Of a stretch of DNA of 64,000 nucleotides, positions 53,567 through 61,832 are shown piece by piece. Within the stretch, counting starts at the first letter, position 1; every line of letters begins with the position of its first letter. The notes under the pieces are model-generated. The model saw only the letters and a list, made by a program, of their open reading frames with translations, made no database searches and was not told the origin of the DNA. Origin of the DNA: a virus; the IMG/VR virus record IMGVR_UViG_3300036766_002288, positions 1-64,000 of that record. One strand, 5' to 3'. Made by a program: the position numbers and the translations under genes.

Positions 53567-54099
53567 AGTGCAAATCTAAAACCAAAACTATATCGGTCAC
53601 ATTCTGTGTAAACACAATGCCAGTAAGGTTGTCCCTTGATTACTTGGAATGCTCTAAAATTCCATCCTTTATTCTCCCATTCAGTGTGGACTTTATTGTT
53701 CTTGTAATAGCGGAAAAAACTCTTTTTGTTCTCTTCCGCTTTAGTTGCATATACTCTCCAACCAACCATATTTGAGTTAGTATGCCAGCCCATATATCCT
53801 TTAGGGGTATAGTGAAACCTCCCTGATATAGAAATCAGTTCACTATTTGGGAATAATGCCTGTGCAAGCTGTTTTAATTTGGTCTCATCCTTCAAGTGTT
53901 CCATGTAATACATGTGAACATTAGGAGCAATTAATACGTCACTTTTTGAATTGATAGTTTCCAGCAAATCTTGCTCGGAAAGTTTAGGGTCAGGATCAGG
54001 AGAGCCAACAATCTTCCCAAGTGGTTTATAGGCAGCAATTACCTTATCAAGCTCTGAAGCTAAATTAAGTAGTCTTTGATTGACTGGCATTTTTATCAT
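53563..54099 (-). CDS. 2OG-Fe(II) oxygenase/cupin-like protein
   Basis: Y.P.GYMGWHTN, WHCV, DRYSFGF. Confidence 0.55.
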   Translation of the reverse strand: MIKMPVNQRLLNLASELDKVIAAYKPLGKIVGSPDPDPKLSEQDLLETINSKSDVLIAPNVHMYYMEHLKDETKLKQLAQALFPNSELISISGRFHYTPKGYMGWHTNSNMVGWRVYATKAEENKKSFFRYYKNNKVHTEWENKGWNFRAFQVIKGQPYWHCVYTECDRYSFGFRFAL

Positions 54100-54553
54100 A
54101 ATTATTTTCCTTCAATCTCTTTTCATACCACACTTCAAGTCTTTTCATACAGTCTGGATAGTCCTCAGAAAACACTATGGACAATACTCTTTCCATATCA
54201 TTATATTGTTCTTTTATTTCTTCCAATTCAGGTACAGGAGTAGGACCGAATACATCTTCCAAAATTTTCATACATGCTGCTTTTTCTTCAATTGTTTTTG
54301 GAGTCAATTCTGTTACAGGTTTTCCAGTTTCTTGTAGGTGGTAGTCTTTTTCAAAGTCTTCAAATATAATATCTGATAAAGCAAAATCTAGTGAATTAAG
54401 ATCATGTAATAACCCACAATCGCAAAATGCGCCTCTTTGACCATGCTTATTGGAAGCATAAATTCTACAGTCACAATGATGCCTGACGGCACCACCGCAA
54501 AAATATCGACGACGGATATGTAATAACTTATTTATTTCTGAATGAATACTCAT
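54065..54553 (-). CDS. hypothetical protein with HCDC and CDCG motifs
   Basis: ORF in packed run. Confidence 0.55.
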   Translation of the reverse strand: MSIHSEINKLLHIRRRYFCGGAVRHHCDCRIYASNKHGQRGAFCDCGLLHDLNSLDFALSDIIFEDFEKDYHLQETGKPVTELTPKTIEEKAACMKILEDVFGPTPVPELEEIKEQYNDMERVLSIVFSEDYPDCMKRLEVWYEKRLKENNYDKNASQSKTT

Positions 54554-55014
54554 TGTTGTCCCGTTGTTTGCTGGGCCATATTTGTAGGCGGTGTTGGCAT
54601 TTGTTGCACAGGGCCTGTAGGTTGACCTGGCGGCGGCGGTTCAGGAGCTTTTGGTTTTTCCTCTTCGCCAGTACCAAGTTTATTAACAGGAGTCCTTAAC
54701 TTGCCAGAAAGTTTCTCTAATTCTGCTCTTACACCATTGAAAACTTCTGGCAGATCACCTTTTTCTTCAATGGCTTTCATTAGGGCTACGCCGCATTTCT
54801 GCAATACTTTAAGGTATTTGTGTTCTGAGCGGGGCCAACTTCCATGAAGAATTCTACGAATCTGGCCCGCAATCTCTTCACTATTCTTTACTTGTTGCCT
54901 TGCACCCATCTGTTTGCCAGCTTGCAATAACTCATGAATTCCAGTTAATATATCATTTATTCTATCACCCAGATATTCTTTTTGTTCTGTAAGCAAAAAT
55001 TGTTTGAATCGCAT
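54550..55014 (-). CDS. putative virion-internal protein
   Basis: MRFKQFLLTE start; Pro/Gln tail. Confidence 0.6.
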   Translation of the reverse strand: MRFKQFLLTEQKEYLGDRINDILTGIHELLQAGKQMGARQQVKNSEEIAGQIRRILHGSWPRSEHKYLKVLQKCGVALMKAIEEKGDLPEVFNGVRAELEKLSGKLRTPVNKLGTGEEEKPKAPEPPPPGQPTGPVQQMPTPPTNMAQQTTGQQ

Positions 55015-55019
55015 ATTAC

Positions 55020-56657
55020 TTATGTAGTAATCAACGATTCAGATTTGTGCTTCATACTAGCTTTAATTAAGCCATCAAACAAAGGTGCAGGTGCATTCAA
55101 GCGACTCTTAAATTCTGGGTGCGCTTGAGTTCCAACAAAGAAAGGATGTGATTCAGACTCTAATTCCATCATTTCCACTAAGTTAGTCACAGGATTAGTC
55201 CCAGAAACTTTAAACTTACCTAACGTGGCAAGTGAAGAAACATATTCAGAATTAACCTCATAACGATGGCGATGCCGTTCACTTATTAACTTCTTTTTAT
55301 ATAAACACTGGACAATACTATCTTTGACTAAATCACACTCATACGCACCCAATCGCATTGTTCCAGATTTCTTTTTAATGCTCTCTTGCCCTTCTACAAA
55401 GTGAATTACAGGATGCTTGGCATCTTTATCAAACTCTATACTGTTCGCACCTTCTAGCATACAAATATTACGTGCAACCTCAATTACGGCACATTGTAAG
55501 CCAAGACAAATGCCTAAGAAAGGTATTTTTTTCTCTCTTACATACTTAATTGCTCTGATCTTACCTTCAATACCAGAAGAATCAAACCCACCTGGAACTA
55601 TTATGCCATCTACATCTTCGAAATATTTCCAGACACCACGCATGTCTTTGGGTTGTTCAAGTTCCTTTGAGTTAATCCAACCAATTGTTACTTTTACTTC
55701 ATTTGCAACGGCAGCATGATATATGGCTTCTTTCAACGACAGATAAGCTTCGTCACAATTATCGTATTTGCCTACAATGGCTATATTAATGGTTGGCATG
55801 TCTACGTTGCCAACATACTTCTCAACCAAGTCACGATACTTGTGTATTCTGCATCCGTTTCTTTTCAGATGGAATTTGTCTACGATTAAATCATCAATGT
55901 GCCTTTCATAAAACTCAATTGGCACTTGATAAATTGTCTTAACATCTGGTGCGTCAAATACAGCTTCTCTAGGCACGTTAGTTAAATGTGAAATCTTATC
56001 CAGAATCTTTGGTGGAATTTCCCTGTCTATTCTGCAAAGAAGGATATCAGGCTGAATACCAAAAGATTGTAATTCTTTAATACTATTCTGCAATGGTTTG
56101 GTTTTAAATTCCTTGATGGTAGGAATCCACAAAATTGGGGCTACCATAACAACCAATACGTCATTCCAGTTTTTTTGCTTAAATTGCCTGATGGCTTCAA
56201 GATAAGGCCCGCTTTCAAGATCACCAACAGTACCACCTATTTCGCATATAACAATATCCGATTCCTTTCCTAACTGTGTAAGTCTATCCTGAATCTTATC
56301 TGTGAGATGTGGAATGATTTGTACAGTCTGTCCTAAATATTTTCCATCTTCTTCTTCAGTTAGCAACTCTTTGTATAAAGTCCCACTTGTGAGAATGTTT
56401 TTTGATGAAACTTCGATGCCTATAATACGTTCATAATGACCTAAATCGAGGTCAGTTTCGGTACCATCATCACATAGGAAACATTCCCCATGTTCACGGG
56501 GCGCAAGAACCCCAGCGTTGGTATTGAAATAAGGATCAAATTTGATTGGCTGCACTTTAAGTCCTCTTAAACTTAAGAGAAACCCAATAGATGCAGCAGC
56601 AATTCCCTTACCACCACCAGATATTACACCGCCAAGAACAATAATATACTTACACAT
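55020..56657 (-). CDS. pyrG: CTP synthase
   Basis: GGVISGGGKG, KFDPY.N, EHGE.F...DG.ETDLDLGHYER, EIGGTVGDLES, GICLGLQ, ERHRHRYE, QAHPEF. Confidence 0.98.
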   Translation of the reverse strand: MCKYIIVLGGVISGGGKGIAAASIGFLLSLRGLKVQPIKFDPYFNTNAGVLAPREHGECFLCDDGTETDLDLGHYERIIGIEVSSKNILTSGTLYKELLTEEEDGKYLGQTVQIIPHLTDKIQDRLTQLGKESDIVICEIGGTVGDLESGPYLEAIRQFKQKNWNDVLVVMVAPILWIPTIKEFKTKPLQNSIKELQSFGIQPDILLCRIDREIPPKILDKISHLTNVPREAVFDAPDVKTIYQVPIEFYERHIDDLIVDKFHLKRNGCRIHKYRDLVEKYVGNVDMPTINIAIVGKYDNCDEAYLSLKEAIYHAAVANEVKVTIGWINSKELEQPKDMRGVWKYFEDVDGIIVPGGFDSSGIEGKIRAIKYVREKKIPFLGICLGLQCAVIEVARNICMLEGANSIEFDKDAKHPVIHFVEGQESIKKKSGTMRLGAYECDLVKDSIVQCLYKKKLISERHRHRYEVNSEYVSSLATLGKFKVSGTNPVTNLVEMMELESESHPFFVGTQAHPEFKSRLNAPAPLFDGLIKASMKHKSESLITT

Positions 56658-56661
56658 ATCA

Positions 56662-56862
56662 TCAATAACTCCATTTACTATCGTTTCTTAGGGTTTTAAT
56701 TTGATTCACGGTAATAGGTTTATCTGCACAGGAAGAACAAAAACTTAACCCGAAGTTAAGTTCTACAAATCCTAAAAGTCTTTTCAACTGGATTAGCTCA
56801 ATAAGGCTTTCAGTACTAGGAGTTTCTCTTAGGCACATGCAACATATTGTTTGATAGGTCAT
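56662..56862 (-). CDS. small zinc-finger protein
   Basis: CCMC and CSSC; TATAAATA at 56864-56871. Confidence 0.55.
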   Translation of the reverse strand: MTYQTICCMCLRETPSTESLIELIQLKRLLGFVELNFGLSFCSSCADKPITVNQIKTLRNDSKWSY

Positions 56863-57515
56863 GTATTTATACTAGTAAGTTCCAGTACTCTTTGCTGTGC
56901 AATGTCCACATAGTCTGGATTCATGTCCGCAATTATATACTTTCTATTTTCTTTTAGAGCCGCCACTGCTGTTGTGCCACTTCCAGCACATGGATCGAAA
57001 ACAATATCTCCGACATTAGAACTTACTCTAACCAAATACTGAAATAGTTCAAGTGGTTTCTGCGTAGGATGTTGCTGATTTCTCACAACAGGATACTTCC
57101 ATACAGTATTTTTACAATGTTCATTAAAAACTGCCTTTTTCTTTTTGCCATAAACACAACACTCAACCCCAGAAAGCCATATGTACTGACCATTCATTGG
57201 GCTAGGATTTGCTTTTTCCCAAATACACAATCTAGTAGATAACTTAGCGGATACCATCTCTGCCCTTAAAAAACTGACTTGTTCTGTTGAACAAAAAACA
57301 TAAATGCTTCCTTTTGTAACTCTAATTACATCTTTCAAAAAGACCTCTAAATCAAAAGTCTCAGTATCCGCAGCCTGCTTATCCAAATCTCTTAGCCCAT
57401 TTGAACTCCGATTAATGACACCATACGGTATATCCGTTAGTGTCATTTCAACACTATTGTCCGCCATTGTCTTCATCAAACCTATACAATCGCCACTAAT
57501 AATTTTGTTTGTCAT
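56859..57515 (-). CDS. orphan DNA methyltransferase (N6A/N4C, beta class)
   Basis: GDC, LTDIPY, HPTQKP, VFDPCAGSGTT. Confidence 0.9.
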   Translation of the reverse strand: MTNKIISGDCIGLMKTMADNSVEMTLTDIPYGVINRSSNGLRDLDKQAADTETFDLEVFLKDVIRVTKGSIYVFCSTEQVSFLRAEMVSAKLSTRLCIWEKANPSPMNGQYIWLSGVECCVYGKKKKAVFNEHCKNTVWKYPVVRNQQHPTQKPLELFQYLVRVSSNVGDIVFDPCAGSGTTAVAALKENRKYIIADMNPDYVDIAQQRVLELTSINT

Positions 57516-57565
57516 GTTTTGGAAAAACCAAGCTAACAACAGTAGATACTAGCAAAAGGAGAAAT

Positions 57566-58339
57566 ATGACACAAATACTTCAGACTAAAACAAAATGGGG
57601 CGGTCTTGGATGGCACCCAGGTTTACCAAAATTCGGTTCAGCACAATATATCCCACAGGTTGCAACGCTTCCTGTATCAGTTGATCTAAGGCCAAACTGC
57701 CCAGCAGTCTATGACCAAGGACAACTAGGCTCATGCACGGCCAATGCCGTAGGTGGTTTAGCACAATTCCTGATGATGAAGGAACAGCATACTTCATTTG
57801 TTCCTTCTAGGCTAGCAATTTATTATTGGGAAAGAGTCATTGAAAACAGTGTAAGTCAAGACAGCGGAGCTTCTATTTCTGATAGTCTAGCTGTCGTCAG
57901 CAACACTGGTTGCCCACACGAATCGCTTTGGTGGTACAATATCAATAAATTTGCAGTCCGTCCAAACAATAAAGTAGTCGCAGACGCCAATAAGCACAAG
58001 ATCACAAGTGCTATGCAAGTTAACAACACTAGCTTGGCAACGATGCAATCCTGTCTAAGCAGTGGATTCCCAATTACAATTGGCTTCACTGTATACTCAA
58101 GTTTCGAATCAAGCCAAGTTGCAAGAACAGGCATTGTCCCAATGCCAAATTCGCATGAACAAATTCTTGGTGGTCACGCAGTCCTAATTGTAGGCTATGA
58201 CAATACTCGTAATTGGTTCATTGTTCGCAATTCATGGGGCGCGGGTTGGGGTGCCGCTGGTTATTTCTATATGCCTTACCAATATTTCACAAATTCTAAT
58301 TTGGCATCCGATGCATGGACAGCCAGATTAATAGCGTAA
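57566..58339 (+). CDS. papain-like cysteine peptidase (C1A)
   Basis: VDLR, DQGQLGSCTANA, GGHAV, RNSWG..WG..GY; AAGGAG RBS. Confidence 0.93.
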   Translation: MTQILQTKTKWGGLGWHPGLPKFGSAQYIPQVATLPVSVDLRPNCPAVYDQGQLGSCTANAVGGLAQFLMMKEQHTSFVPSRLAIYYWERVIENSVSQDSGASISDSLAVVSNTGCPHESLWWYNINKFAVRPNNKVVADANKHKITSAMQVNNTSLATMQSCLSSGFPITIGFTVYSSFESSQVARTGIVPMPNSHEQILGGHAVLIVGYDNTRNWFIVRNSWGAGWGAAGYFYMPYQYFTNSNLASDAWTARLIA

Positions 58340-58342
58340 CAT

Positions 58343-58374
58343 AAAAAAAGGGGGTTTTAAAACCCCCTTTTTTC
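58343..58374. terminator. perfectly palindromic bidirectional terminator
   Basis: AAAAAAAGGGGGTTTT-AAAACCCCCTTTTTTT. Confidence 0.8.
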
Positions 58375-58376
58375 TT

Positions 58377-61300
58377 TCATATCGCTTTTTTGAAATCAAC
58401 TGGACACGCACCACCTGCACATTCAACATGCGCAAAATCTACGTCTTCTTCTAAAACCTTCTTGATCTTGTTCAAGGTATCTTCATATTCTGCCTTTGTA
58501 ACAGGTTGTTCTGGAAGATACTCATAACTAGATTTTTCTTCTTGGGGCATGATTGAACAACACTTAACCAATGGCTGATACTTCTGCACCGTCTTTGCAA
58601 AGTCCCTATAGCATACCTTGGCAGGCAAATACTTCAAAGTATAAGATATTTGATTAGCGGTATCCTTTTTCAAAAGCACGCCATTCTCATCGACACCATA
58701 CAACCAATACTTTTCCCCTAACATTATCCATTGATATTGTTCTTCTGGTGTAGCTTCTGCCGCTGTAACTAACTTGTTGCCCATGCCTAATTCAACAATG
58801 ATAGGCATTGTCGGAAAGCCTACTATAGTTGTATTCTGGTACTTTTTAAGTTCTCTAATTGGATATCCAGCCTTCTTGTATGTCTGAATGAGTGGGTCAT
58901 TACTACTGAATTGCACCCATCTCATGAACCATAACATTGAAGGTAAGTGCCACGCCTCTGTAAGCCCGAATAATTTTGAATTAGTTCCTGCTGGCTTTAA
59001 GGTTGTGTCTGTATGTGGCGGGGACATACCATATTTCTTTGAGTAAATCTCTGCCTCTTCCTGAACTGCCCTTTTGAATCTGGCCAAAGTCATCCAGAAG
59101 GCTTTAGATTTTTCCTCATCAATTAAATCTCTAAATCCTAACTTAAAGAACTTCCATGCAAATTCATGAATGCCAGTCATGCCAACACCAATTCTGTTGG
59201 TACGTAGTACCTCTTTCTTGTAAAGAGCATCCATTGTATTAACGCGAATAAGTGCCCTGGCAACTGCTCTAAACGCTTCTTCAGCTTCATCTAGACTGTC
59301 GGCATGGAATGGCACCAAATCACCAATGGTACAGTATGCTCCAAATAATGCGATTGCTATCTCGCCACAGTTATGTGCCCTTATGCCATTTGCATCAAAT
59401 TCATGCACAGTTTCAACACCACAGTCATAAACATCTTCATCGCCAATATGTTCAATAGATTCAATCTTGGCAACAAAGTTTTCCTTATAAATACCACGCT
59501 CAATAGAATTGATAGCAGCATTCAAAGCCGATGCTTTATCAGGCTCACGAAACCCTATTAAATCTGAAAACTGCAAAAGATTATCTTTACTAATGTGCAA
59601 TTCGTGAGACGGTTGGCACCAATACAATTTTTCTCCACCATTACCATCAGGCATTTTCTTGTAACCAGCTTCTTTTCTATCTTTGTAAACAGAAGATATA
59701 ATGCCCAATCTTGAAAGCATTCTTTGTATCGTATAGAGTCTTGGTAAATTAGACTGTGAAAGGCGCACACTTATACCTTTGTTTTTATTTTTACAAACAG
59801 TACCGTCCGCGTCGAACAATCCACCTAGCAATCCGCAGTAAAAATTACTGCCCATTTCTTCAACGGATTTCAACAGATTTTTAGTCAATGGCTCTAGCAA
59901 TGGTTCAGCTAACTTGTTTAATGCAACACAACTAATCGTTCTGCTGTCGTTAATTTCGTTTAATTGACCGCCTTCAAAATTAGCCTTAACCTTCATGTCT
60001 AGCGACTCAATACATTTCAAGGTCGCATCTATCATGTGATCTTTATTCTCACCCCAGAATCTTAAATAAGTGCAATATTTTTCTGGATTAAATCCACCAT
60101 CACCAATTATTTCACCAATCAACCACCCTTCGCCAAAAGTGCCATTGCCATCCCATCGAACATTACGCTGATTGGCAAGAACTAAATGATCGCCTATATT
60201 CAAATCTTTTACTTCAACCCATGAATGCTCATAGTTATAGCCACCATGCAATTTTGAACGTTTGTTTTTCTCAACCAATAATGGATGATTATCAGTTGCC
60301 TTCAAAGTATAGCCACGATTCGTCTTAATCAGATACACGGGCTTGCGACCTGTCTTCCAAAATCCAGAGGCATTGAATGATTTGCCATTGACGATAGCAT
60401 TAAATGGCTTGTTGATTAAATCAGCAACTTGTCTTGGACCATCAGATGTTTGCACCCATGTATCTGCTGTGACACAAGGATTACAGATCATGTAATACTG
60501 TTTTTTCAATGCTTTGCGTAGCAGCCGATTCATGTAAAGATTGGTATCGTCATTAAGCTGATACTTCTTACTACCAATTAAATCACCTTTAGAAAGTTCT
60601 TCTAACCCTTCACGATTCTCATTTAATTTATCGACGTTAATTAGTCCAGGCTCACCAGTGCTGTCTGCATAAGCTGCTGATGTAACTAATTTGAAAACTT
60701 TTCTGGCGTGCTTGGCAAGTGGAGTATGATAATCTGGATTGCTTCTTTTCAACTCTATTAGTTTCCAGAATTCCTTATCAACCATTACGCTGTTGTTGGA
60801 ACTCCATAAGAACCCATTGGGTTTAACAACGTAGCCTTCTCTTAGTTCTATTATTTCTTCAACACTCTTGTCGTAATATTCAATTGGACGCTTAATGGTG
60901 ATGAAGTCGAAAACTGTTACGTCTTTCCAGAACTTAGTGGACATTCTTGCCGCACGTCTTGCCCCACCTACGAGGACACATTCTGCGAAATAGTGGTCAA
61001 TATACATCGTTTGCATGAACGGCGTAAGTCCTGCGCCCTTGAGGGTCAAAGCCTTATAAAATGCATTCATTAAAGGAACGGGACCACTTGCTGGCCTATT
61101 TTGCATCCCTTTGATTGGGGTGCCCTTCGCTCTCACCTTAGAAAAATCTAGAATTAGTAGTTTATCTTTGTGTATTTTCTCAAACGCGGCATTTTCCCAT
61201 ATCTCTAATGCCTTTGCCCAACCTTCTCTAGTATCTTCAACGACATGCCATAATGTATCCTTGCCGCTACCATATTTATGTTTTGCATCCCGCACAGACT

Positions 61301-61739
61301 CATGTGCCATATAGTCATAGTCTGGGTGCGATTCATCTATTACACAACGTACATTTGGGGCATTATCCCAATTTACGAGCATGATATCATCATCATAGGA
61401 ACGGCCAACACCAGAGCCGTTCATTAACAAATAGAACAATGCAAAACTTGTAGCACTAGTAGAACAGTTTGTAAAAACTTCAATATTACGATTTGGTTGT
61501 GTTTCATCACCATGTTGCAGGTGCCTGCCGCTCATCAATATGGTGGCTTTTGATAGGTGCTTATAAAGAACTTTGTATTCTTGCTCTTGTTCTTCTTTTG
61601 TCCTGCATAATAAGGAATTGCCTAAAGCAACACGATGAGCAACGTCATCCCAACTCTCCCATTTGCCATTAGCTTTTTTTCTTAAAATGGTACGCTCTGC
61701 GACCGCCTGGCCCATACCAGGGTGAAAATTCTTCGACAT
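58377..61739 (-). CDS. nrdJ: class II (B12-dependent) ribonucleotide reductase containing an intein
   Basis: GRHLQ, NC, GSGVG.SY, V.VGG.RR.A, split NP|CGEI, KPAGT, CAGGACP C-terminus. Confidence 0.92.
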   Translation of the reverse strand: MSKNFHPGMGQAVAERTILRKKANGKWESWDDVAHRVALGNSLLCRTKEEQEQEYKVLYKHLSKATILMSGRHLQHGDETQPNRNIEVFTNCSTSATSFALFYLLMNGSGVGRSYDDDIMLVNWDNAPNVRCVIDESHPDYDYMAHESVRDAKHKYGSGKDTLWHVVEDTREGWAKALEIWENAAFEKIHKDKLLILDFSKVRAKGTPIKGMQNRPASGPVPLMNAFYKALTLKGAGLTPFMQTMYIDHYFAECVLVGGARRAARMSTKFWKDVTVFDFITIKRPIEYYDKSVEEIIELREGYVVKPNGFLWSSNNSVMVDKEFWKLIELKRSNPDYHTPLAKHARKVFKLVTSAAYADSTGEPGLINVDKLNENREGLEELSKGDLIGSKKYQLNDDTNLYMNRLLRKALKKQYYMICNPCVTADTWVQTSDGPRQVADLINKPFNAIVNGKSFNASGFWKTGRKPVYLIKTNRGYTLKATDNHPLLVEKNKRSKLHGGYNYEHSWVEVKDLNIGDHLVLANQRNVRWDGNGTFGEGWLIGEIIGDGGFNPEKYCTYLRFWGENKDHMIDATLKCIESLDMKVKANFEGGQLNEINDSRTISCVALNKLAEPLLEPLTKNLLKSVEEMGSNFYCGLLGGLFDADGTVCKNKNKGISVRLSQSNLPRLYTIQRMLSRLGIISSVYKDRKEAGYKKMPDGNGGEKLYWCQPSHELHISKDNLLQFSDLIGFREPDKASALNAAINSIERGIYKENFVAKIESIEHIGDEDVYDCGVETVHEFDANGIRAHNCGEIAIALFGAYCTIGDLVPFHADSLDEAEEAFRAVARALIRVNTMDALYKKEVLRTNRIGVGMTGIHEFAWKFFKLGFRDLIDEEKSKAFWMTLARFKRAVQEEAEIYSKKYGMSPPHTDTTLKPAGTNSKLFGLTEAWHLPSMLWFMRWVQFSSNDPLIQTYKKAGYPIRELKKYQNTTIVGFPTMPIIVELGMGNKLVTAAEATPEEQYQWIMLGEKYWLYGVDENGVLLKKDTANQISYTLKYLPAKVCYRDFAKTVQKYQPLVKCCSIMPQEEKSSYEYLPEQPVTKAEYEDTLNKIKKVLEEDVDFAHVECAGGACPVDFKKAI
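59370..60476 (-). mobile_element. intein (369 aa) with LAGLIDADG endonuclease
   Basis: starts CVTADTWV, ends IRAHN before Cys; internal LIGEIIGDG and LFDADG motifs; TDNHP block B. Confidence 0.93.
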
Positions 61740-61832
61740 ATTATCTCCTCAATTCAATCTTTAATGTTGTGGATGTATCTAAGTAGCAATGCAAAAAAAT
61801 TTCTACTATTAAAAGTTAATAATTAAAATGAA

